Assembly (NCBI RefSeq): GCF_009914755.1
Contig: NC_060942.1
Source of the DNA: the human T2T-CHM13v2.0 reference genome, Homo sapiens
Length of the DNA: 64,000 nt
Strand: one strand, 5' to 3'
The translations under genes and the position numbers were made by a program. The notes below the pieces were generated by a model. The model was not told the DNA's origin, ran no database searches, and saw nothing but the letters and a program-made list of their open reading frames with translations. The first letter of the stretch is position 1, and each line of letters opens with the position of its first letter. This document shows, piece by piece, positions 1-28,944 of the stretch.

Positions 1-164
1 TCCTCAGTTCTATCATCTGTAATGTGAAGGGGTCCAACTAGACACTCATCCAGCTCAAACCTTCACTGGCTCCAAGACCAAGTTTGGGGGGTGGGGAAGG
101 AGTTTTTCTAAAGGTAATAACTTCACTCATGGTTTTAGCTGAGTCTCTAAGAGTGCACTGCAGA

Positions 165-612
165 GGTAATTTTAAATCTCTAGTAGTCACATTAAAAAAA
201 TTAAAAATTAGCTGGGTGTGGTGGTGGGTGCCTGTAGTCCCAGCTACTCAGGAGGCTGAGGTGGGAGGATTGCTTGAGGCTGGCAGGCAGAGGTGGCAGT
301 GAGTTAGATCACGCCACTGTACGCCAGCCTGGGTGACAGAGACAGACCCTGTCTCAAAAATATATTAAAAATTTAAAAAAAATAAAAATTAAAAATAAAT
401 AGGTAAAGTTAATGTTAATAATGCATTTCATTTAATGCAACATATAAACATATCAGTTCAATATGTGATCAATATAAACATATTAATGGGATATCTTACA
501 TTACTTTTTCACCCCAAGTTTTGGAACTCCAGTCTGTGTCTTACACTCACAGCACATTTCAGGCACTCCATGGCCACCTGTGGCTAGTGGCTACCAAATC
601 GGAAAGCGCAGT
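165..612. mobile_element. MER33-like hAT element interrupted by an Alu right arm (~200-400)
   Basis: aattttaaatctctagtagtcacattaaaa ... ggccacctgtggctagtggctacc end motif typical of MER3/MER33. Confidence 0.7.
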
Positions 613-774
613 TCCAAGGCAAGAAGTGCCAGCAACTGCCACATTCCCAAGAGAGTTGCTAGATTACCTAAGCAGGAAGAGAATCCTGCATCTCCCCCAG
701 TAGGTAAAGCAGTTCATATTCTCCCTGCCTTCCCTCGGCCACATTTTTCTTTCCACTGAGAAAATGTCTTCATC

Positions 775-6024
<5,250 letters not shown>

Positions 6025-7914
6025 TTACAAATGCGTATCTCCTCAACCAGACTCTGAGCCCTTTCAATCAACTCAATACATTATGAAACAAACAAGAACA
6101 ATGCAAGCAGACTAAAAAAAAAAAAAATGTGCATCTTGTCCCCGAGTAGGAACTGCCCCATAAATCTCCTGATCTTGCAATATGCCCGTTCTCCCCTGCA
6201 CAGCTAGCAAGGGTTCTGGGGTAGGGTTTCTGTTTCCAAAAGTGCCTAATAGGGACATGCTTATCATTAGTTCTCCAAATCTGGGGAATGCTCATTTGTT
6301 TGCCTGTGCGAAAATGAATGTATAGTTTACCCAATACACACACAGACACGCACACACACACATATATGAGTTAGTCAAGCACAGAGAACAAAATTTGGAG
6401 AACTGCCAGATCATGAAGAGTGTTTAATCCTGGGGTAGGGCCAAAATGTCATTATAGGCAATTTTCACCTTTTGTGAATGCTTACAGCTTATTCAAAAAA
6501 TATTTTCAAAATAAAATATTGAGTATGTATAAAAGAATATCAATAAAATGTAAGTAAGGTATGAAGAGTTATGATACAATAGACACTCATATACTCACCA
6601 CCTGGGCAAAGAAATAGAACACAGTACTATTTCCTCTGAAGTCCCCTGTTAGCCCTCCCCAGTGCCATCCCTGCCCCTTAGCCTTCAGAGGTAACCATGT
6701 CCCTGAATTCTGTATTGATCAGTCTACTTTTCTTTTAGTTTTACCATATATGTTTGCAGCCTGGACGAGCTTGTTTCATTTTGCATTTTTGCATTTTTAC
6801 ATTTTCAATAAATGGAAATATACTCTAAGTACTTTTCTGCAACTTGGGAGATTAATCTATATTGTTGCATATAGTTCATTCATTTTCAGTGAGTACAGAT
6901 TGTTTTCAGTGCTATATAGTATTCCATTGTATGAATATATTATAATGTATTTAACTATTTTATCATTGTTGGACAGCTGCATTGTTTACAGTTTTCTTTT
7001 TTTAATATTACAAGTGAGGCTATTATGAACATTTTTGTATAAGTCTCATAGTGTTACACATTGCCATTGAGAAAAATATCTGAGAGAGGAATTTCTGGTC
7101 ATAGAGTATGTACATATTTAACTTTACTAGATGATGTCAGTCTTCCAAAGTGGTTGTATAAATTTATACTCCCACCACAGTCTTTGGAAGCTTCCATTGA
7201 TCCTCTTCCTCATCAACACTCAGCAATTCTTGTTAGACTTCTTAATTTTAGCTGCTGGGTGGGTGAGTAATAGTGTCTCATTGTAGTTGTAATTTGCATT
7301 TTGCTGATTACCAATGAGGTTTAGCACATTTTCATGTTTATTGGCCATTTGGAAATCTTTTCTGAAGTGCCTGTCGATTTAATTTTTTTTTTCTGTTTGT
7401 CCTCTGGTGCTAAAACTGAAAACATGTTCAATACTTTAGTCTATTTTTCTACTGGGTTTTTGATGTCAGTTTTTGGTAATGCTTTCTACATCCTAGAGAT
7501 GGGACCTTTAGTATGTGCAGCAACGATTACCGCCAATTCCTCGGCTTGCCTTTTCATTCTCTTCGTGGTGTCTTTTGATGAACAGGAGTTCCTAAATGTA
7601 ATGCAGTCAAACTTAGCAATCATTTCCTTTATGTTCAGTACTTTTTGTGTTCTGTTTGTTTCCCTACCCTGACAGCATGAAGATATTTTCCTATATTATT
7701 TTCTGGAAGCAATCTTGTTTTGCCTTTCATCTTTAGATCTACCATCTAGATTGATTTTTGTGTATGTTGTGTGGTAGGGTCACATTTCTTTTCCTTTTTC
7801 ATGTGGATATCCATGGAGCTATTGAATAGAAATAAGTACCCTTTTCCCACTGTCCTGCAGTACTGCCTTTTCCATAAGTGTGCATGTGCCATAGATCCAT
7901 CTCTATCCCATTGG

Positions 7915-8289
7915 TGTATGAGTCTGTTCTCACATTGCTATAAAAAACTTCCCGAGACTGAGTAGTTTACAAAGAAAAGAAGTTTAATTGACTCAGCTCC
8001 ACAGGCTGTACAGGAAGCATGGTTGGGGAGGCCTCAGAAAAAATCATGGCAGAAGGTGAAGGGGAAGCAAGCACATCTTACCATAGTAAAGCAGGAAAGA
8101 GAGAGCAAAGGGGGATATGCCACACACTTTTCAACAACCAGATCTCGTGAGAACTCACTTACTATCACAAGAACAGCAAGGGGGAAATCTGCCCCCATGA
8201 TCCAATCACCTCCCACCAGGTCCCTCCCCACATTGGGAATTACAATTTGATGTGAGATTTGGGTGGGAACACGGAGCCAAACCATATCA
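7915..8289. mobile_element. THE1-family (MaLR) solo LTR, 375 bp
   Basis: TG...CA termini (tgtatgagtctgttctcac ... agccaaaccatatca) with a perfect 5-bp TSD ATTGG at 7910-7914 and 8290-8294. Confidence 0.92.
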
Positions 8290-8407
8290 ATTGGTCTGTC
8301 TATGTTTGTTATACAGTATAACAGTATAATGTCTTATTTTAGCTTTCTAATGAATCTTGCTTCCTGACAGAGGAGATCTTCTTCAAGATGATGTTAGCTA
8401 CTCTTGA

Positions 8408-15487
<7,080 letters not shown>

Positions 15488-16511
15488 GTAGTTACATATT
15501 TTTAAAAATAAGATCTTTGTTGGTCAAACAGATATTGCAACATACTTGAGTTATCAAATTCCAGAAGGAATTAGTACCTTTACCTCTTCTCAGACAATAT
15601 GAGTGCCTCAGAAAGACATTAATTCCATCCACTCCACTTCTGATTTATATGCTACTGCTGTTGCACAGCCACGCCCAGCAGCCTATGAAGCTTTCAAAAG
15701 CCATGCTCAGTCTTATCAGCTGTCTGTACAATCAGTAAATGCATCTAGGCCCCAGAAACCTGCCTTATCTGCTTGAGTTTCTGCTCTCCAGAGATCTTGG
15801 CTCAGTAATTTTTCACTCTCATCTGGGCTCTTTGATGCCTTCAATAATTTTCATATTAGTCCAGCTTTTCTAGTTGTTCTTGGTGGGACAATTGTTCTGG
15901 TTTACCTATTCTGACATTAGCGGAAGTAGAAGCTCGATACTACTAACTATACTTGATGAAGACCCATTGAGCAGGCATAGAGTATAGCTGCCAGCAAAGC
16001 AGTCTAAGTCCCATAGCTCCTCGGAATCTGCAGTGTCTGAGAGAGGTGACTCATGGCCCAGCATGTGATGTTGCATCTGGAGTCAGAGGTGTGTTCTAGC
16101 CAGGCCTGGGAGCTCTATGTATTGCTTAGCTGTCCCAGTAATGGTGTCTCTTCATCCAAAAGGGCACCTGAGGCAGCCCATGCTGTGCTGAGATTTTGGA
16201 TCTGTGCCCAGGGCCCAGTGCCGTGGAGGTCTACCTAGAAAATAGTCTCTGTTCCACCTTCACCATGATAGACACAGTGAGCTCTCGGTGTGGGTTCAGT
16301 GCCCTGTAGTTCAAAGACAGGAGTCTGGGCCAAAGGTCGGTGTTACCTCATCCTTGCCAGGGGCTGAGGAAGGGTGAGAGATGGGCCACTCCTGGAGCTA
16401 CTGCTTCATCTTCTCATGAAGGTGAATGAAGCTGCCACTGCAGGTAGGGGCTCAGTAAGGACAGAGCTCCAGCCCAGGACCTCCACACCTTGCACAATGC
16501 GATTTTATCGG

Positions 16512-17365
16512 TGTTATGGACTGAATTGTCTCCCCGCAAAATTCCTATATTGAAATCCTAACCCCCAATACCTCAGCATGTAACCGTATTTGGAAATCAG
16601 ACCTTTATTTATTTATTTATTTATTTTGAGACACAGTCTTACTGTGTCGCCCAGGCTAGCATGCAGTGGTGTGCTCTTGGCTCACTGCAACCTTCGCCTC
16701 CCATGTTCAATTGATTCTCCTGCCTCAGCCTCCCCAGTAGCTGGGATTATAGGTGCCTGCCACCATGGCTGGCTAATTTTTATATTTTTAGTAGAGACGG
16801 GTTTTTGCCATGTTGGCCAGGCTGGTCCCAAACCCCTGATCTCAGTTGATCAACCCATCTCTGCCTCCCAAAGTGCTGGTATTGCCTGGCCTGGAAATCA
16901 GACCTTTAAAGAGGTAATTAAGGTTAAGTGAGGTCATAAAGGTCTGGCCCCCCTCCTATGGTGGCACAGTGTCCTTACAATAAGAGGAGGAGGAGATGCC
17001 ACGTATGCACGGTCACAGAGCAAAGCCCATGTGAAGGCACTGCAGAAGGTGAGCACTGCTGATGGCAGGCACTGGAGAAGGCAGGCACTGCAGAAGGCGG
17101 GCACTGGAGAAGGTGGGCACTGCAGAAGGCAGGCACTGCAGAAGCTGGGCACTGCAGAAGCTGGGCACTGCAGAAGGTGGGCACCATGTGAAGGCACTGC
17201 AGAAGGCGGCCAGCTGCGAGCTGAGGAGAGGAGCAGCAAGAGAAACCAGCCCTGCAACACCTCCATTTTGGACTTCCAGCCTCTAGAACTGTGAGAAAAT
17301 GAATGTCTGTTGTTGACACTGCCCAGTGTGGTATTTTATTACGGCGGTCCTAGCACACAAGTACA
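16512..17365 (+). mobile_element. MLT1A/B-type LTR containing an Alu (16608-16891, -) and a minisatellite
   Basis: tgttatggactgaattgtctcccc start; ttggacttccagcctctagaactgtgagaaaatgaatgtctgttg end. The Alu is flanked by a perfect 17-bp TSD tggaaatcagaccttta (16591-16607, 16892-16908). Confidence 0.88.
17036..17179. repeat. 16-bp minisatellite, 9 tandem units, consensus GGCACTGCAGAAGGYR
   Basis: Units counted directly; a tenth, displaced unit lies at ~17193-17208. Confidence 0.93.
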
Positions 17366-18138
17366 CTTGGGGTGGGGTCAGACACTCAGTTGACAGGAAG
17401 GTGATGGTGAAAGTTTCCGTCCTCCCTGGAAACACCCCACCCACATGGTCCTGAGGTGTCTGGCTTTCAGAAAGTGACTCTCCCCAGTGCTTCATTTGCT
17501 CCGTTTGTTTCTAAATGTGTCTGGGTCTGTTTCCAGCCTTATTTTGTCTTCCTTTACCAACCACCTCCTTCCAAATAAGAAGATTCTCGCAGGTCCAGTC
17601 TCAGAGGGCAGAAAACCCAGATCTCTGGAGTTTCTGTCCCGAGAGGACCTGGCACCTGACTTCCTGACTCAACTGCTGGAGGGACGCGGAGGACTGTTGA
17701 TTGGACTTGCTCCTTCGTCGTGTCCCCACACCGCGGGTGGCAGGACTAGAGCCTTGCCGCATTATGGGCTTCTTTATTGGCTGGCATAAATTTGGCCACT
17801 TCTGGCTGTATACCTCTTGCACAGCTGTGCTTCTTGTTTTGCTCCTGTGGTCAGTGTGGTTTCTGAGATGTCTGAGGAACAACCTGAGGAAAGCTGTGGC
17901 CCTCCTGACCATGACAGCCCAGACCTAATCACTGGGACCCCCCAATCCACTGGCAAGGAACAGTCAGTGAGCGCTTGAAGTGTCATACACTCCCCTGCCC
18001 CCAAGGCAGTGGAGCAGGTGAGGAGTCACTTTGTCACTCCCAGGGCGATGGCCTCACCTGTCTCCCGTGGCCTCCGGGGCTGTGTGGGCGTGTGTGGGTG
18101 TGTGTGTGCGCGCGTGTGTGTGTTGCTGGTAGTGAACA

Positions 18139-18153
18139 TGCCCTCTGGTGGCC
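18139..18153 (-). promoter_or_regulatory. Candidate CTCF site
   Basis: GGCCACCAGAGGGCA on the minus strand matches the CTCF core CCASYAGRKGGCR in non-repeat, CpG-containing sequence. Confidence 0.6.
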
Positions 18154-18536
18154 CCCGCAGACAGGCTTGCTGTTTCTTCCCTAGATGTTAGCCTCGCCTC
18201 TTATTTTTTTTTTTTTTTTTTTTTACCTCTTCCGCGTCTGCTTAACCTCAGCTCCCAGTAAACACGCTAGGGACAACAGGCTTCCCTAGGGCCCCCTATC
18301 TTTGCTAGTCCTAAGCCCTGAAAGACCTCGCTTTAATTCTTCCAGCATGAGCCTTTGTTGTAGATAATTCTAGCTATCTGATTCAAACATGAGAGTAATG
18401 GTTTTTACATCGGAGTCAGGTACAAACCTCTGTTACACAAAGGAAACCAGAAATCGTATGATTCCCTAGGGATGACTGAAATTATTTTGTTTATCATATT
18501 ATTTAAATAAGTACGAACATAATTTTTTATTTTTAG

Positions 18537-18728
<192 letters not shown>

Positions 18729-21019
18729 TAGCCAGGATGGTCTCGATTTCCTGACCTCGTGATCCGCCCGCCTTGGCCTCCCAAAGTGCTGGGATTACAG
18801 GTGTGAGCCACCGCACCCAGCCATAAAATTATTTAACTTCTATATATTTTAATGGCTCTTAAGTAATTCTAAAACCAAAATCAGTGTACAAAGAAAACAC
18901 CAAAAGTTCCTGAAAAACCACCCGAACTTGTTAGCACATTAATGTGACTTGCTATGTTGTTTTTCTGAACTCAAACACCATGAATGCTGCACTCAGTGAT
19001 ACCCAGGCTGTGTGGTCTGATGATGGGGCTCTTCCAAATCTTGCCTCTATTGGAAAAATTGCAACATTTCACTATACAGAACACTATTGTGGCGTTTACA
19101 AATGAAATCCTCTGCTCCGTCCTATAAAATTACTACTATTTGGCTCTGAGATCTCTAGACATACTTAGTTGTGAGAGTTGTGAGATGATCATCTGATGTC
19201 AGATGTGTTTACATTAATTTTTAAGACTTTAATTCAAATGAAAACTAAAAGTCTTGTAGAGAGGACCTACTGAATGTGTCTGGTATGAGTCTCAGGGTGT
19301 TTGGAAACTCCAGATCTAAAATTCTTGGATTTGAGACCCTGGTATTTCACTTAAGAAGCTCTTTACCTGCCTCTACCTAGGCCTGGGTTTGACTCCAGCC
19401 ACTCCCAATGCCCTGTGGGGCTGAGGTCCCCCAGACAGGCGCTGGGGACCTGGCTTGTTTTTGTTTTGCTTCTCCTGGGCAAGGCAGGTGCACACTACAT
19501 GCTCAGTGCGAACTGAAACACAAAGTGCTGGGTGGCCGCTCAGCGGACGGTACTCCCTGCTCCCCTGTGGCTCCTCAACTCAGTCTGTGAAGGGTCCCCA
19601 TGCCCCCAGGCCAGGGCTGGCCGAGGGGGGCTGGCCTGCTACCCAACTGATCCTGGTGGGGGGACCAGCTGCTCACCATGCCTCCACCAGAGGAAAAAAT
19701 AGCAGTTCAGTCTTTGGAAAAAACTAGCGACTCACACGACCAGAATAGCAACTGAAGACGCTCTAAAAAACAGAAACACCTGCTTCAGAATTATGGCAGG
19801 AAATGAGATTTCAGAAATGCCACAAGAAGCTGGTGTCGCAGCTGCCCCTACCTCGTATTCCCCCAGCCTTCGCCCGCCAGCTGGGGCTGCCCACAGGGAA
19901 AGCCCCTTGGCCCACTGCCTGTGGTAGCCGCTGGATAGGGCCTGGCATGTGGGGTCAGGGCCCAGTGCCGCCTGCCTGGGGCTGTCTAGCAGCTGCCCCT
20001 GCCATGCTGGCTGCGGGCGAGACTCCACACTCCTGTGTCTGAGCCTCTTGAGTGGTAACAGAAACTCAGGGTGGACTAGTCACGGAGGAAAGGGGGATAT
20101 GTGGTCTCCTGCGAGCCCCCTGGACTGAGCCTTCCTTAGGCAAACTGTGCAGCTGTTGGCTGAGCCTCTGGATTGATGAAATCTCTTGAGGGACTCCACA
20201 GGGCTTTCAAGGGAAGTGGAGGGGTGATGTGTTCAGTCTGGAGCAGGGGTCTCCAAAGTGGAGTACATACATCCCAGAGGGCTTAAGGAAAGAAAAATAA
20301 TAGTGCATCTACTCAGATTAACATTTTGCTTCCAACATGAAAGAAAAAGCTGTGCAATGTTAGTAATTTTGAACGTTGAGGGACTCACGTGCCTTAGACG
20401 GCTGTGTAGGAGGAGTACTTTGTGGGAGGAAGAGCGGGGATTTCATCAAATTGCAACTTACATAGTGCCCACCAAAGGGAATTTAGATATTCTATTATCT
20501 ATTTTTAAGTCAACTAAGGCTCCCAAAAAGGATAAGTGGCTTTAAAACAATGTTGAAAAGAAATCTTGGACTGAAGATAACACTAATATGAAATCATACC
20601 ACGCAGCCCCCACATGGCAGAGCTGACCCTCCCTCCTCTGCCCCCAGCCACGTTATGAAATGAAAACAGCAGCACTTTCCTCAGACCTTGAAGAGTTGGC
20701 TGAAATTGCAATCATCCAGAAGACTATTTGAAATATGGCTTTACATCCATAATCATTCTGGTTGGATGTTGTCTGAAGTGCGTATTGTGCCAAGAGAGGG
20801 TAATAAGACATTTAAAATATTTTTAATTTCACCTTTATCTCATCCTTTTTACTCTTCTTTTTTGGATGTTAAAAAATAATAGCATGATAGTGCAATGTCA
20901 CACGGAAGTATGCAGAAGTAATTTATAAAATTAAATAATCAGAATGTTTGGGTACATGAACAACTTTTTGTCCTGTGGTCAGGGCAGGCAATACAAAAAC
21001 TCAGGGACCCCTGATCCAG

Positions 21020-21094
21020 CCAAGTGGATCTCAGGCCCACCCACAAAGTTTCTGATCCATTGGGCCTGGAATGGAACAGAGAATTTGCCTTTCT
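21020..21094. mobile_element. MER5A (hAT-Charlie) left part, split by the SRSF10 retrocopy
   Basis: ggcccacccacaaagtttctgatccattgggcctggaatggaacagagaatttgcctttct resembles the MER5A consensus up to gagaatttgcatttct. Confidence 0.7.
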
Positions 21095-22071
21095 TTTTTT
21101 TTTTTTTCTTTCTTTCCAGTTAACCATTATTTCCTTCATTTTGTTTTCATTATAGCACGTTTGCTTATTTTACAGCAGAAAATAAGCTGGGTCTTGTTTT
21201 GATCCAAACATTGATGTTTTAAAAGCTGTACACAATATTTCCTAAAAAGAATACATAAAAGTACCTTTTTAGAAGCTTCTATAAGAAAGAAAATACGAAG
21301 TTTAACCCCACAATTTTCCTCTTTGCTACAAGTTCAGACTATTGCTACAGTTTTAAATAGACTTTTTGTTGTTTAACCAGACATCCAGGACAATCTTAAA
21401 AAATTATAGAAACGTGCACGTAAATGATGCATAGCAGAACTTGGACATTAACTGCAAATGGTAAAGAAATGAAAGTTAGAAACACTATCAAATATACAAA
21501 GGTTCTAGAATCAATCCTTTATAAACACATTCCACAAACAATATTTAAAAGCCATGTTTTTGTTCTTTACAGGCAAAACCTAGATTACTAAAACCAAAAT
21601 GGAAAAAAGTAATCCTTTCAAAGGAATTGTTTCCCTAAGATAATTCGTACTTAAATATGTAAGCAAGCATGTCAGATTTTAAAAGATGCTAGCTTTCTAT
21701 TCTGAAATGAGATTGGACATGTCAAGTCACTTTTGCCCCCAAAACAATCTTTCAGAGAAATGCTTTAAATTATAAATGATATATTGAATGAAGGGTATAA
21801 TAAATGAAGCGTATTACTCCATTTTTAGTCAGGCATTACATTGATAACCAAAAACTCAGAGATGTGACTTGCTGAAAGTTGACTAATTCTTTTTCCAAAA
21901 TTACTTTGAATTTCATGGAACAACAGAATCATCTAGAATGAAGTGCTGTCTTTCATCTTAGCTCACATTAAATAAACTGAGGCGTGAAGAGCAAGCCTCC
22001 CTCATAAAGAGGTAGGCAAATTTGTCTACAAACGCACACGCCACGTACTGCAAGCATCAAAATTTAGTACT

Positions 22072-23952
<1,881 letters not shown>

Positions 23953-24125
23953 AATTCCTGATAATTTAAGTAAACCAAACTATAAATAAATGAATGATAT
24001 GTGCCTAAAAACAACCATAGTTTATATTATCAGTGGCCATTGGATTTAGGAGCAGTCCAATACCTTGATGTAGATTTTGATCTAGAACTAGACTTCGATC
24101 TTGACTGACATTTGGATATAAGTAG

Positions 24126-24515
<390 letters not shown>

Positions 24516-24912
24516 TGGAATCTGTTTTAGAGGTGCCTCTAGTTCTGGTGTGAGATGCAGACCTAGAATGTGATTTAGCCTTCACTTCTTCCTTGGGCTG
24601 CCTTGAATGAGATGTAGATCTTGAAAAAGATGGATTTTGGTGTTTGAATCCACCATTGTCGGAATGGCTTCTGCTACTCCGTGGTTTTCCAGTTGGTTGA
24701 TTTCTAGGACTGTAAGATCTTCTATAATTGTAATCAAAAGACTGACTTCTGGATCTCCTTTCATAACTTTGGCTTCTAGAACTTCTGTATCTGTCATAAC
24801 CATCATGGCGTGAAGAGCTGTACACATTCCTCTGTTCCTTGGATTTCATCTAATTTGGTGTCTTCTGATCCCCCTGTGTAAACTGTATTTCAACTTGATG
24901 TCCACAAATCTA

Positions 24913-25167
<255 letters not shown>

Positions 25168-25204
25168 CTAACAGACCAGGCAAACTGTCCATAGCTCTGC
25201 TGTT

Positions 25205-25270
25205 AGAAATTCGTATTTCTAACAAGTTCCTAGATGACGATCATGCTGATGGTCTGGGTACCACTAGTCT
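25205..25270. mobile_element. MER5A right part
   Basis: atttctaacaagttcctagatgacgatcatgctgatggtctgggtaccac continues the MER5A consensus where the left part stops. Confidence 0.75.
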
Positions 25271-26140
25271 ATAGAAATGACCACAGCCTGAATGAAGACA
25301 AGCTGAAGGCAGTGAGGCTACCTCTGCCCTTGTCAACCTTGCTCACAGGTGGAGACAAGGCTGTCACCTGAAGACTGATGATCTCTCCCCACAGCCTGCC
25401 ACATGCCTGAAATTCACCCTCAGTGCCGGACTCCTTTGGACTCCTTAGCCTTAAACTTGGCTCTGCAACTGCCTCTAGAAACTAGAAGCAGTGTTAGCGA
25501 GCGGCGAGCAGGGATGCAGAGGGCAGGGACGGGGAGGAGGAGGGGTTTGTGATCCCACCTACCAGCCTCACTGCCGAGGGCACAGGCTTGGAAGCCTCAG
25601 GCTCTGATGTCAGAGAGAGCTGAGCTGGATTCCCTATGCAGCCGCTAGCTAGCTTTTGACCTCAAATCTCAAGAAAAAGACCTTATTATTTCTAATTCTC
25701 TTCCTGCCTTCTAAGAAGGGTGGGTCTTGGTAGCTGAAGGCTCTTGTCTGCTGGGCTCAGCACGGGTTGTGGGCATGTAAGCATGGAGGAGCTGGTAGCA
25801 GGAGCTGGGGAGTGGGAGGCTGCTGCGTAAAGGAAGAAGGAGGAAGCTGTGGCCAGTGAGAAAGCACGGAGGAGACCTATGAGAAGGAAGCTGTGAGCTA
25901 TGGGGGGTGCAGCCCACCCTGTTCCTCTGGCCCCACATGCCACCATCATCCTCTATGGGGCACGTCCCGGGAGGCTGAGTCCACATCCTGGTGGGTGTGA
26001 GGAAGGCCTGGTGCAGGCCACGTGCCTGGTAGGGCAAAGTTGTAAATTAGATATCAGGACCTTTTCTGTCCCCCTCTGCCCCAGGACTCCTTTCACCTCA
26101 CATAGCTATTTTTCTTTCTTTCTTTATATTTTTGAGATAG

Positions 26141-26605
<465 letters not shown>

Positions 26606-26924
26606 TGATACCAGGTTTCTGGACCTGCCCGTGTTGGCACTGGAATTCCAGCCTCCAGCATGCATCCTGCAGGGAAAAGGGAGCAAGCTCTATGCAGCTC
26701 CACAAAGTTCCAGCGTAGCCTATCTGTGCCTGGTGCTACTGGTTGGGGCTGGCATGGGGGAGCCTCTGAGCTCCCTCCTTTTTCAGCACGGCTCATGCAC
26801 CCATTTGCCTTTGATGTAATTCTAGAGCCTCCTTTACCTGCATGAGTTAGTGCCTATAAAAGGCCGGTGAGAACTGTGTGGAGACAACAGGCCTCAGAGG
26901 GTCCAATCCTCACCCCATCCCTGG

Positions 26925-28150
<1,226 letters not shown>

Positions 28151-28638
28151 ATGTGGCAGTCTATAGCAACAACCTCCTCCTCGAATGGTTTTTGTATTTT
28201 AAAACAGAAACAAAGTCTCTTGCATTTAACAGCAACATGGAACAATGACCTTTCAGCCTCTTTATGGCGAGGCAAGGATCCTAACAGACAGATGGGGGAG
28301 TTGGAGGAAAGGAGCTGAACATTGGAGCAGCTGAGCTGCAGCGTGTAGGAACATCTGGCTTACCCTTAGGTGGACAGTGGGTCTGAATGGCTCCAGTGGG
28401 TGCCCCAAATGCAGTGGCTGCACAGACGGTCCAGTGGGCAGCTGCTGCCTTGTAGATGGGCTCAAGGTACAGCTTCAAGACAGCAGTGGCCACACTGCAG
28501 ATGGTGGTGACCTGTCTGCACTCCCCACCTCCTGCTTAGGGTGCTTGGTGGCTTCCTGTTCACTCAGTTTTCTCACCCAGTCTTTTCAATAGAACTTTTA
28601 CCCACAAAGCACAGCCAATGACCAAGGACACCTTAGAG

Positions 28639-28944
28639 CAAGGACTAGTAAACCACACAGCCTTTGCACCAATGCGCCCCACTGCCTGTTTGTGTACAGC
28701 CTATGAACTAAGAATGATTTTTCCATTTTTAAACGGTTGAAAAAAACTCAGTAGAATATTTTGTGATATGTGGAAATCATATGACACTCAAATGTCAGTG
28801 TCCATAAATAATGTTTTGTTCACTTGTATGGTTTATGGCTGCTTTTGTGCTACAAAGGCAGGTTGCATACTTGCGACAGACTGTATGGTCTGCAAAACCT
28901 AAAATATTATCTGGTCCTTTGCAGAAAAGGTTGGCTGATCCCTG
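28639..28944. mobile_element. MER58B-like hAT element
   Basis: ccactgcctgtttgtgtacagcctatgaactaagaatg ... aaaatattatctggtcctttgcagaaaaggttggctgatccctg. Confidence 0.78.

Noticed and set aside
16934-17319. Cys-rich repetitive ORFs and a CRISPR-like appearance
   Set aside because: Translations of the 16-bp minisatellite; the units are contiguous with no spacers, and the DNA is eukaryotic.
20240-20970. Possible old Charlie-family DNA transposon
   Set aside because: Terminus-like sequence noted, but too degraded to assign without a Dfam search.
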